A DNA stretch of 32,000 bases from Acaryochloris thomasi RCC1774 (GTDB taxonomy: Bacteria; Cyanobacteriota; Cyanobacteriia; Thermosynechococcales; Thermosynechococcaceae). The position numbers and the translations under genes are program-made. The stretch's first letter is position 1. Every line of letters starts with the position of its first letter. This document shows, in pieces, positions 13,920 through 22,217 of this stretch. The notes under the pieces were generated by a model. It ran no database searches and was not told where the DNA came from. It saw nothing but the letters and a program-made list of their open reading frames with translations. The stretch is taken from NCBI RefSeq assembly GCF_003231495.1, contig NZ_PQWO01000010.1:150001-182000 (forward strand), written 5' to 3'.

Positions 13920-15107
13920 TTAATCCGGTAGGGTGTACTGCTCCACAATTTTCTGGGCATATGCTGGCACATGGCCCTCCAGCTTTTCGGGATAGTTACG
14001 CTTCACGTACAGGTAATTCCGGGTGAAGTGAGAGTCAATGGAAAAGCGGGCGTACTCTAGGCCTCGGGGACCAATCCTATCAATCACAACGCCCATTAAT
14101 TTTGCGGCCCACATTGGCAAAGTCACACCTTTATCGTAGGCGGGGATGCTGTTCTGGACGGCGCTTTTGCGATCGCCCTCCGACATCACCGGCTGTGTCT
14201 TGAGCTGATCCATAACCAGATCTAGCATCTCTTGCCCTGTTTCGTTACGCACCACCACCCACTGCCAGCCATAGGGGGAACCCATATAGCCCACGACTAA
14301 ATCGGCCAGAGAATTAACGTAGTCAAAGCAGCTCATACAGGAGGGGGCAAAAATATTCTTCAGCTTGTCAGTCTTCAGGCCAAAGAAAGGCACCTGCTCT
14401 TCTGAACCATCTTCATGCTTGAAGTGGACCCGAAAATCCTGCATGAACTCGTAGGACACCACGGTCTCAGGGGACTTACTGGTGGTTTCAAGAAATTTCT
14501 GCAAACCGTCCCGAGGCACGTTGTCAACGCAGGGAGTGCCCAAAACGTAGAGTTTTTCTAAGCCAAGTTTGTCCTGAACGCTGCGCAGCGCCTGAATTTG
14601 ACAGCCGACGCCAATCACTAGCAAGCGCTTGAGACCCGACTGTTCAATCTGCTCCAAAATCGACAGGTTGGGAGACAGGGTCGGTTTATTCACCCGAGCA
14701 GCCAAAATATCCTCCGGCGTCCGGGCAATCACCGGCATGGGCTGGAAACGATCTTCTGGCGTGTTTTGAACGCAGACCACGCCTTCCACTAATCCTCGGT
14801 TGAGCATTTCAATGCCGATGGTGCTGACGATGCCGGTCCATTGGGCGCCTGGAATCGGATCTTTTTTGCGGGCCGTCAGCATCTGTTGGTGAACCCCAAA
14901 GTACCAATCGTCTTCGCTGTCTAAATCACGACTTTGACCGTGGGCCTGCTGCTCAAGCTCAGCCACCTGCTGATTGAGGAAGGCACAGGCTTCTTTGACA
15001 TAGTGGATGTAATAGGTATCGCAAAGGCCACAGTCACTACAGAGCGCCTTTGCCGGTCGGGGACTAGAGCGCTTTAGTCCCTTAGATTTGAAGTGTGCAA
15101 CAGTCAT
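13920..15107 (-). CDS. bciB: Ferredoxin-dependent 3,8-divinyl (proto)chlorophyllide 8-vinyl reductase, FrhB family (Slr1923/BciB-type, related to HCAR)
   Basis: From the ATG at 15107 the protein reads MTVAHFKSKGLK...CSDCGLCDTYYIHYVKEACAFLNQ...GVVCVQN...RFQPMPVIARTPEDILAARVNKPTLSPNL...VIGVGCQIQALR...YVLGTPCVDN...FAPSCMSCFDYVNSLADLVVGYMG. This is the characteristic pattern of the F420-hydrogenase beta-subunit family and BciB. Confidence 0.85.
   Translation of the reverse strand: MTVAHFKSKGLKRSSPRPAKALCSDCGLCDTYYIHYVKEACAFLNQQVAELEQQAHGQSRDLDSEDDWYFGVHQQMLTARKKDPIPGAQWTGIVSTIGIEMLNRGLVEGVVCVQNTPEDRFQPMPVIARTPEDILAARVNKPTLSPNLSILEQIEQSGLKRLLVIGVGCQIQALRSVQDKLGLEKLYVLGTPCVDNVPRDGLQKFLETTSKSPETVVSYEFMQDFRVHFKHEDGSEEQVPFFGLKTDKLKNIFAPSCMSCFDYVNSLADLVVGYMGSPYGWQWVVVRNETGQEMLDLVMDQLKTQPVMSEGDRKSAVQNSIPAYDKGVTLPMWAAKLMGVVIDRIGPRGLEYARFSIDSHFTRNYLYVKRNYPEKLEGHVPAYAQKIVEQYTLPD
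14169..14176. repeat. HIP1 octamer GCGATCGC
   Basis: Exact match read from the sequence. Confidence 0.95.
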
Positions 15108-15241
15108 GAATTTAGCAATGTACTTACTGGAGCATCGACCCCACAGCATAGGTTGGAGGGGACCACTCTGATTGTAAACGCTTTGCGCTCGGGCAGATAA
15201 CCAACGCTTGGGTTTCGAGCAGAGGGTTCAGGTCGCGCTCA

Positions 15242-16864
15242 TCAGCGCTCATCGTAGCCAGGGACAAAGGACTGCTCCTGCGTTTCTGGAGCCGGGTCAG
15301 ACTCTTGATTACCGCGCAGTGCCCCAAAAATAATTGCCCCAAAAAGGACCAAAATCATAATGAATCCAAAGGGGACCAACCAACGATGGCGAGGACGCTC
15401 TAATAACGTTTTAAGCGTTACGGGCGGGTGTGCATCTGCTTGAGAGCTAACGGCAGCAGGCGTATCAATGGAGGCTTGACTCAGGCTCACCGCTGGCTCA
15501 GAGAACGTAGGCTGAGCTAGGGGAGGCAGGCTGGGTAATTCTGGTCCAGAAAAATCAGGGTCTGAATCGGTCAGCTCTAAAGGTTCGCGGGCTGCAGGTT
15601 CCTCCACAGGATCCTCTGGCTGACTAAAGGCCGCAGCAGGCATGGCGGGTTCAGGCTCTGCCGCAGCATCTAAGGGGGTCGGGCTTGGTTCGCTGTCGAA
15701 AGCAGTCGGTGCTGGCAAATCGGACTCTGACGCCTGTCCCCACGGCTGTTCAGTGGCCTGTGGCTGAGAAGCTTCAGCGCTTTCGACCTCTTCTTGCGGA
15801 GGTTCCTCCAGCGGCTGCTCTAGAGACTGAGCCTCGGCGGGAGAATCGCCAGCGACAGTATCAGTGAAACTAGTAAAGGCAGGTTCAACAACGTCGCTCT
15901 TAGGTGCACTGAAGGGTGGCTCTGATGCTGCTGGGGAAGCGGTAACGGGAGGCTCGAAGGGGGAAGGAGCCTCGGTACCACCACCTATCGCTTCAAAAGA
16001 TGCAGCTGCTTCCATTGAGGGAAGCGTAGAAGAATCGGGCTGAGGTTCTGGCTCAGCGATCGATTCTGGGATCGAGTCAGCGGCTGACGACGCTGTCGCA
16101 GATTCTGGACTATCTGTGAAGGCGGCAAGCGTGTCATCTACTGGCGCAGCAAACGGCGACTCGACATCGGTAATAGACTGCGAAGGAAGCGGATCAAAGG
16201 GGGATGCTGGCTGTGCATCTGCGCTGGAGGCACTCGAGTCGGCGATCTCGAACGAGATTGATTCCTCTGGCTCGGGAAGGGCAGATGCGAGCGGCGGATC
16301 TAGCGCATCAGCACCGACCGTTGCTTCGATGGCTTGCGAGTCTGTACTCAAGGGCTGCTCGCTCTGGCTAGAGATGGCGGAATCGGCGATAGAGTCTGCA
16401 TTGTCCGTGACAACTGATTCCAGGACCTCACCAGGTGGGTCAATTGGCAGTGCAGGTTCGTCGGGAGACTGAGAGACAACGGGCGAGGCTGGCTCGCCAA
16501 TATCTGAGAGGATCGACTCAGCCGAAGCCTCATCCACCCATTGCTCTGACTCTGCAGAGATATTCTCCATGCGGATGGGTGTGGCGTCAGGGGCAGATGG
16601 CTCAGGTTCTAATGGACTGGGCGCGGGAAGGGCTGGCTCTACTAAGGTAGGCTCGATGGAATCGTTGACGGTTGAGGCGAGCAGATCATCGGTGTCTAAC
16701 GTCTCTGGTACCGATAATTCGTCTGGCTCATCTTCTGAAAGACTAGCGAGGATATCGTCTAAAGACTGTTCCTCTTCAGAACCCTCTGCAGTCAGGCCTC
16801 TCAAAACATCGTCAAGGGACTCCTGATCTGAAGGATCGTTGGGCGTGTTGTTAGGCTCAGTCAT
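15242..16864 (-). CDS. Hyper-acidic, Pro/Ser/Ala/Glu-rich disordered protein with a C-terminal transmembrane anchor
   Basis: The ORF is 15242..16888 with a TTG start. I prefer the ATG at 16864 (MTEPNN...). I count only about four Lys/Arg in the first ~470 aa against very many Asp/Glu. There is a single hydrophobic helix near the C-terminus, RHRWLVPFGFIMILVLFGAIIFGALRGN (~15320-15385). Antisense ORFs are Ser/Gly-rich mirror artefacts. Confidence 0.65.
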   Translation of the reverse strand: MTEPNNTPNDPSDQESLDDVLRGLTAEGSEEEQSLDDILASLSEDEPDELSVPETLDTDDLLASTVNDSIEPTLVEPALPAPSPLEPEPSAPDATPIRMENISAESEQWVDEASAESILSDIGEPASPVVSQSPDEPALPIDPPGEVLESVVTDNADSIADSAISSQSEQPLSTDSQAIEATVGADALDPPLASALPEPEESISFEIADSSASSADAQPASPFDPLPSQSITDVESPFAAPVDDTLAAFTDSPESATASSAADSIPESIAEPEPQPDSSTLPSMEAAASFEAIGGGTEAPSPFEPPVTASPAASEPPFSAPKSDVVEPAFTSFTDTVAGDSPAEAQSLEQPLEEPPQEEVESAEASQPQATEQPWGQASESDLPAPTAFDSEPSPTPLDAAAEPEPAMPAAAFSQPEDPVEEPAAREPLELTDSDPDFSGPELPSLPPLAQPTFSEPAVSLSQASIDTPAAVSSQADAHPPVTLKTLLERPRHRWLVPFGFIMILVLFGAIIFGALRGNQESDPAPETQEQSFVPGYDER

Positions 16865-17142
16865 ATCCAGGCTCCGATACCTGCTCAATGTTCAAAGGAA
16901 GTACCCAAGGGGATATGCTTGGGATCTTGGAGTTGAAAGTCGCTGCACTCGTTTCTGACCGGTCGGTTTCCAGGGAAAGATATACCGCAGAACAACTGCG
17001 AGGGCTGTTACGCAATCAGCTTCTGTGGAAGAACCGAATACGTGAGAAATCAAGCGTTTTCAACCGACATGATCCCACAGTTATTGTCCCTTTCTGCAGA
17101 TATTAAGATAATTTCAACTCTGGTCGCGATTAATGCGGCAGT

Positions 17143-18432
17143 CTATGAAGGCGTTTGATAGCTAATCCGCCAGATGATGCCCCCAGGTTCGTCTGTGATC
17201 AAAAGGCTACCATCAGTTGCGATCGCAACTCCCACAGGCCGTCCCCAAACGCTGGGCACTTGCGGATCAACCAGCCACCCGGTCACAAAATCTTCGTAAT
17301 ACCCTTTCGGTTTGCCTTGATCATCAAAGGGCACCCGAACAATCTTATAGCCCGTCCCCTGTGAGCGATTCCAAGAGCCACGAAAGGCCACAAAAGCATC
17401 ATTTCGGTACGGCTCGGGGAACTGCTGCCCCGTATAAAAAGCCAGCCCCAAAGCCGCAGAATGAGACTGAAACAAAACATCTGGAACGCGCGCCCTATTC
17501 TCTAGCTCAGGCGATCTCGGCAAACGCGGATCGGGATTAGATCCTAGATAGCTGTAGGGCCACCCATAGAATGCACCGGGCTGCACCGCCGTCAGATAGT
17601 CAGGTACCAAATCGTCACCGAGGCCATCGCGTTCATTAACGGTCGTAAATAGCGCCTGCGTCACTGGGTTAAAGCCTAACCCCACCGGATTGCGAAGGCC
17701 CGAGGCATAGGTTTGACGATTGTTCCCTTCCAGGTCCATCACCTGAATAGAGGCGCGAGGTAACGGTTCGACCTCTGCATTACCACGCGACCCAACACTA
17801 ACAAAGAGCTGCTGGCCATCGGGACTAAACGTCAGATTGCGAGTCCAGTGCTGACGGTATCCGTTTCCCGGTAGTTCGGTGATTTGCTGCGGTTTCCCCT
17901 GAAGCTGCGTTTGCCCAAGCTGATAGGGAAACCGTACCACCGCATCGGTATTCGCCACATAAAACCACTTTTGATCGGGAGAAATTCCCATCCCTAATGG
18001 CTGATTGAGATTCTCGGCAAACACAGTATTCTCGTCGGCTTGCCCGTCTGCATCGGTATCTCGCAGCAATCGGATTCGATTGTCGTAGGATTCAGCCAGA
18101 AACACATCTCCATTCTCAGCCACTGTCAGCCAGCGAGGACGGGACAGTCCCTGAGCGAAAATTTCGGCAGTGAACCCTGGCGGCACCTGCAACTTGGCAT
18201 CAGCAGGGCGCGGAATCACTTGAGGCCGCTGGCTGGCGGAGCGAGAGGCATAGGGCTGCGGCAGGTCACCCACTTGAATTTGAATTGGCTCAACAGGCTC
18301 CACTCTTTCTTCAGACAGGTCACCCGATGAAGCAACAGGCACAGGGTCTGAACCCGAAGCTGCAGTATTGTGGCAGCTGACTAAACTCAGGCTCACTAAA
18401 ACGCTGAACGATAGACCTCGGATATATGCCAT
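17143..18432 (-). CDS. PQQ-dependent sugar (glucose/sorbosone) dehydrogenase-family beta-propeller lipoprotein
   Basis: It has a signal peptide plus lipobox (SLSLVSC). Propeller motifs are typical of soluble glucose/sorbosone dehydrogenases: GLSRPRWLTVAENGDVFLAE, DTDADGQADE, LNQPLGMG, GLRNPVGLGFNP, NERDGLGDDLVPDY, GWPY. Confidence 0.8.
   Translation of the reverse strand: MAYIRGLSFSVLVSLSLVSCHNTAASGSDPVPVASSGDLSEERVEPVEPIQIQVGDLPQPYASRSASQRPQVIPRPADAKLQVPPGFTAEIFAQGLSRPRWLTVAENGDVFLAESYDNRIRLLRDTDADGQADENTVFAENLNQPLGMGISPDQKWFYVANTDAVVRFPYQLGQTQLQGKPQQITELPGNGYRQHWTRNLTFSPDGQQLFVSVGSRGNAEVEPLPRASIQVMDLEGNNRQTYASGLRNPVGLGFNPVTQALFTTVNERDGLGDDLVPDYLTAVQPGAFYGWPYSYLGSNPDPRLPRSPELENRARVPDVLFQSHSAALGLAFYTGQQFPEPYRNDAFVAFRGSWNRSQGTGYKIVRVPFDDQGKPKGYYEDFVTGWLVDPQVPSVWGRPVGVAIATDGSLLITDEPGGIIWRISYQTPS
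17219..17226. repeat. HIP1 octamer GCGATCGC
   Basis: Exact match read from the sequence. Confidence 0.95.
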
Positions 18433-18458
18433 TTTGCTCCCTAGTTTCCTTTCCTATG

Positions 18459-19157
18459 TTAGTGACTGCGGGATAGAGCCTGAAAATGCCGCAGTTTTGG
18501 TGCCACTTGCTCTGCCGCTAAAACGGACCATCCGGGCCTTGCTAAATCTGCTGCCGCTAGATGATTGACGGTCCAGGCATTGCAGGCAGACCAAAAAATA
18601 TAAAACTCACGCGCAGGGTAAAAGCGGCCTCGAAAACGTGCAACAGGTGGCAAAGCTTCCGGGCGCTGGGGTTCGGCCCCTTTGAAGCTAGTCTCCAGGC
18701 TACCGATTAGAGTGCTGAGCTGCTGGGCGTTGATTTGTCGATGGTAAAGATGGCGCATCCCGTCATCGGAGGTAGGAGCCTGCGACCAGTTTCTTAGATG
18801 CAGCACCGATTGAGTGGGTAAGAAAACGGTAGCGAAGATGGCCGATGGAGAAAAATCTGCGTTCATGTAGAAGTTGCGATCGCCCCAGCTATACTCTACA
18901 AACGGTGCGTCTACGGCGTTCGAAGGACCGAGACGCCAGCCCTGAGGCTGCTGCAGAATGATGGAGGTATGGTAGCCCCAGTTGGCAACGTAAAGGTCAT
19001 AGGCATTCCCAGGCGGAAGTGACCGGCCCTGAAACAAAGGAGAGGAGACGGAATAAGGTGTAAAAACTGCCATGTATACAGGCGGCAAACCCAATAGAAG
19101 CGCGAGGAGCGCCAGCGCGCACCTGCTCCACTGAACGAGGGCAACTGCCTCCTTCAT
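18459..19157 (-). CDS. DUF2459 (TIGR02117)-like conserved hypothetical protein
   Basis: I prefer the ATG at 19157 (MKEAVALVQWSRCALALLALLLGL, a signal or anchor sequence); the track start at 19178 is TTG. The motifs YVANWGYHTSIIL and FVEYSWGDRNFYM resemble that family as I recall it. The family assignment is tentative. Confidence 0.6.
   Translation of the reverse strand: MKEAVALVQWSRCALALLALLLGLPPVYMAVFTPYSVSSPLFQGRSLPPGNAYDLYVANWGYHTSIILQQPQGWRLGPSNAVDAPFVEYSWGDRNFYMNADFSPSAIFATVFLPTQSVLHLRNWSQAPTSDDGMRHLYHRQINAQQLSTLIGSLETSFKGAEPQRPEALPPVARFRGRFYPAREFYIFWSACNAWTVNHLAAADLARPGWSVLAAEQVAPKLRHFQALSRSH
18876..18883. repeat. HIP1 octamer GCGATCGC
   Basis: Exact match read from the sequence. Confidence 0.95.
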
Positions 19158-19613
19158 CGCTATCGCTCTCTTATGCAACTTGAGTCTGGTGATGCAGATT
19201 GAACCTCCTCTGACTGGCCCCTGTCACAAGTTCAGTCAAACAGCTGTAGCCTGGGACAAGTTTACGAAAGGACTTATTTCATTCATTTTTGGCGTTAATT
19301 GGCAAGATTTTGTTCAAATTGGGCATTCTAAAATGAGATTGAAAGGTAAAATCGGTATTACTATTTGAGACTAGCTAAATAAGAAGTGAGCAGCTGATGC
19401 TTCAAACGCTGTTTAACAGAGCAACTGTTCTGGCTTACCTTTGTTTTTCACTCTTTTGAAGAGATAGAACAATAATGTCAGCAGTGAGTGGCTTAAGCAT
19501 CGACGGAAATTGTTCAACTCTGATCATAATGCTCCTGAGCATTGGCCATCCATTAGCAGGGTCTTGATATGTCTAGTCGCTTGAACTCACGGGATGCCCT
19601 CCCCCATCGATAA

Positions 19614-19935
19614 CTAGACCTCCAATTTGAAAATGCTCCCGATTTACCGCGCTATATCAGGACTGACACCAGTAAACTCCGCCAGATCTTGATGAATTTG
19701 CTCGGGAATGCCCTCAAGTTTACCGCTCAGGGCACAGTACACCTGACAGCCCAAGTCAACAAAGATCTAAACAACCGTCGTGCAGGACAAAGAACGAACG
19801 CTGCAGCTGATTGCCAACCTTCCCTCTGGGCAGCAAGCGTTGAGCCAGGCGCTGCGCCAGTTAGCAGGCAGCTTTCGCTTCGATGTGATCATGACTCAAC
19901 TGGATAAAATTTTCCCCACCAGTTCTTGCCTTTGA
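19614..19935 (+). pseudogene. Histidine-kinase gene remnant (N-box of HATPase_c only)
   Basis: After an in-frame TAA (19611-19613) the frame reads LDLQFENAPDLPRYIRTDTSKLRQILMNLLGNALKFTAQGTVHLTAQV. This is a typical N-box and its preceding strand. No H-box/HisKA lies upstream, and the G1/F/G2 boxes are missing downstream. The sequence continues only in another frame (from ~19789: KERTLQLIANLPSGQQALSQALRQLAGSFRFDVIMTQLDKIF, stop at 19933-19935). Confidence 0.5.
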
Positions 19936-19941
19936 ACCACG

Positions 19942-20433
19942 CTATTGAGCAGGCACTTGGACAACGCTCCGCGGCTGGAATTCTGAAGCCGACCGCTGGC
20001 AAGTCTTGAGGCTATTTTTCTCACTGCTTCCTATAGTTCCAACAGCATGGAGTTGAGATAGAGGCACATTCACCGATGAGGGCGCTTCTTCTCCCAAGGC
20101 AAGGGTTACAACCTGAAGCCGCTTGTTGATCATTTTGCCTGTAAAACAGCTAAATTCGGACTGCGGGTAGTGGAAGGCCCCCACAACGCTGTGCCCCTGT
20201 CGCTGAAAAACGACATAGCCTTTTCCGACTTGGTTCGCCTGGGCCGACTCGCCATACAGGTAGGTTTGGGTCTCCAGACTCTGGTTTGCTTCAGGAACCA
20301 GAGTCTCTGCGAGGGCAGCGGGGGGCGTCAACCTCACAATACTCAGCATAAAGATTGTCCCAATGGTTAATGCTTGGCGGTGACTAGCGGCAAAAGCCTT
20401 AATTTTGGGGAACACCATCTCTTCTCTCCTCAT
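19942..20433 (-). CDS. Secreted hypothetical protein
   Basis: 163 aa. An alternative start is the ATG at 20418, preceded by AGGAGA with 6-nt spacing. It has a signal-like N-terminus (ALTIGTIFMLSIVRLTPPAALA). I recognise no family. Confidence 0.55.
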   Translation of the reverse strand: MRREEMVFPKIKAFAASHRQALTIGTIFMLSIVRLTPPAALAETLVPEANQSLETQTYLYGESAQANQVGKGYVVFQRQGHSVVGAFHYPQSEFSCFTGKMINKRLQVVTLALGEEAPSSVNVPLSQLHAVGTIGSSEKNSLKTCQRSASEFQPRSVVQVPAQ

Positions 20434-20548
20434 CCAGTGGTGTCACCATCTTCAGAGATTTAAGACGATCAAGCAGTGACCTCAGGCGACCCATCCTGTG
20501 TGCTGCATCAGGCTGCATCGTGATAGAAATCACAGGCTACAGTGAGGG

Positions 20549-21400
20549 TCAGTCGGTCCCTAGCATGACCGATGATTTAGCCTGACTGGATTCTTGGGTC
20601 GCCAGACTACGTCGCATTGATTCAACGAAACGGCTGACGCGAATGGGATCGACGGGCTGGTCAATCTGACCGTGACGCTTCAAAGAGCTGGAGATAATCA
20701 CGCCGTTCGCGGCCTGAATGAGCTCGGGGATATTTTCCCAATCGGCACCGCTGCCGATCAAAACCGGCACCCCTTGGGCGGCAGCCATCGCCAGCTCTAA
20801 ATCGCTCAGGTTAGGTGGGCTACCGGTAGCCCAGCCAGACAGAATCACACCGTCCGCTAACCCCCGCTCGATGGTTTCCCGCACTGCCGTCGTTAGGTTG
20901 GGAGTCCCCAAGGGGCGGGCATGCTTCACCAACACGTCTGCAAAAATCTTGACGTCGCTTCCTAACTCCCGGCGATAGCGGAGTAGCCGATGGGCTTGCC
21001 CTTCAATGAGCCCCTGATCCGTTGCCATCACCCCCGTGAGCACGTTGACACGAATAAACTGAGCACCCACACAGGTTGCGATCGCCATTGCACTACAGGC
21101 ATCGTTCCGCAAGACGTTGAGGCCAATGGGCAAGGTAACCAGATTCATGACCCGCTGCACCACTAGGCTCATGGCACTCACCACGGCGGGATCAACCCGA
21201 TCCTTGGGGAATGGCGCATCAAAGAAATTTTCGATAATCAGCCCATCAACGCCACCAGCCGCTAGAGCAGCCGCTTCTTGCTCAGCCCGATCGATGACGG
21301 GCTTAAGGTTCCCGCCCCAGCGTGATGACGTGGGTAACGGAAGTAGATGGATTACCCCAATCACAGGATGAGGGGATTTAAATAGTTGCTGTAACTCCAC
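20549..21400 (-). CDS. btpA: BtpA/SgcQ-family protein (photosystem I biogenesis protein BtpA)
   Basis: ELQQLFKSPHPVIGVIHLLPLPTSSRWGGN...GGVDGLIIENFFDAPF...GLNVLRND...GAQFIRVN is the typical BtpA TIM-barrel pattern. The start codon is GTG. Confidence 0.85.
   Translation of the reverse strand: MELQQLFKSPHPVIGVIHLLPLPTSSRWGGNLKPVIDRAEQEAAALAAGGVDGLIIENFFDAPFPKDRVDPAVVSAMSLVVQRVMNLVTLPIGLNVLRNDACSAMAIATCVGAQFIRVNVLTGVMATDQGLIEGQAHRLLRYRRELGSDVKIFADVLVKHARPLGTPNLTTAVRETIERGLADGVILSGWATGSPPNLSDLELAMAAAQGVPVLIGSGADWENIPELIQAANGVIISSSLKRHGQIDQPVDPIRVSRFVESMRRSLATQESSQAKSSVMLGTD
21078..21085. repeat. HIP1 octamer GCGATCGC
   Basis: Exact match read from the sequence. Confidence 0.95.
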
Positions 21401-21560
21401 GGATCTCTAAGTTGAACTTTTCGAGGAAGCTGGAGACAGGCAAAGAGCCTGAGGTGAACTTAGAGACATATCAACTCAAGGAATCTATTCATAAAGCAGT
21501 GTCTCGGCCTCTCAGCATAGCAGCCTATCTGTACAGTATATATTTCTGTGGAGCGAATTC

Positions 21561-22121
21561 TTGAATCAGGCAACAGCCGCCATTGCTCTGGGCAGCAATC
21601 TCGGCAATTCTCTAGAAACTTTGCAGGCTGCCGTCCAGCAAATCGGTGCAAGCCCAGGATTTCGGCTAACCAACCAGTCTCACTGGTATAGAACTCAAGC
21701 GGTGGGGCCACCACAGCCCAGCTATATCAATGGCTGCCTGCTGCTCCAGACCCATCATCCACCATCACAGATTTTACAGAGATTGCTCGACATTGAGCTA
21801 CAGTTCGGGCGTGTGCGCCAGCAACACTGGGGCCCCCGCACATTGGATCTTGACCTACTGCTCTATGACCAGGTTGTCATGGAGACCCCTGCACTGACTC
21901 TGCCACACCCGAGACTGCATGAGCGGGCCTTTGTTCTCGTTCCGCTCGCTGAAATTTTGCCGACCTGGGTTCACCCCATCCTAGGAACGCAGGCTGCCGA
22001 AGAAGAGGGTCTGCCAAACCCCGGGCTTACCCAAAGGCAATCTTGGACCATTGCACAGCTCAGGCAAGCGATAGACTGTACAGGCGTCGAACGTTTGCCT
22101 CCACGTCTGGAGGCAACTTGA
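21561..22121 (+). CDS. folK: 2-amino-4-hydroxy-6-hydroxymethyldihydropteridine diphosphokinase (HPPK)
   Basis: AAIALGSNLGNS...WYRTQAVGPPQPSYINGC...GPRTLDLDLLLYD...LTLPHPRLHERAFVLVPLAEI are canonical HPPK motifs. The start is TTG at 21561. There is a ~30-aa C-terminal extension. Confidence 0.85.
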   Translation: MNQATAAIALGSNLGNSLETLQAAVQQIGASPGFRLTNQSHWYRTQAVGPPQPSYINGCLLLQTHHPPSQILQRLLDIELQFGRVRQQHWGPRTLDLDLLLYDQVVMETPALTLPHPRLHERAFVLVPLAEILPTWVHPILGTQAAEEEGLPNPGLTQRQSWTIAQLRQAIDCTGVERLPPRLEAT

Positions 22122-22217
22122 ACGGTTCCTCGCCCTGACATATACGCCCTCCAAATTTTTCTGTCTGAAAGACTTTGACGCTTCGGACTGCTAGCTCTGC
22201 AGGCCAGGGCCAAAGAC

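Noticed and set aside
16116-16826. Plus-strand ORFs 16116..16472, 16435..16650 and 16569..16826 (Ser/Gly-rich)
   Set aside because: They are antisense mirrors of the acidic low-complexity gene. They have no independent start or stop logic and no membrane or signal features.
16888-17106. 72-aa plus-strand ORF filling the gap between two minus-strand genes
   Set aside because: It has no recognisable motif and many codons that look rare here (AGG, AGA, ATA, CGA). It sits where the promoter and 5'UTR of the acidic-protein gene are expected. Coding status cannot be supported without conservation data.
19180-19368. 62-aa plus-strand ORF in the AT-rich gap
   Set aside because: It has a TTG start, no motif, and lies in a degraded region. 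It is likely a chance ORF.
20502-20533. Tandem gctgcatc-ag-gctgcatc and the hairpin gtgat-agaa-atcac just downstream of btpA
   Set aside because: These elements are too short to be meaningful, and the hairpin lacks a following U-tract on the minus strand. It was not called as a terminator.
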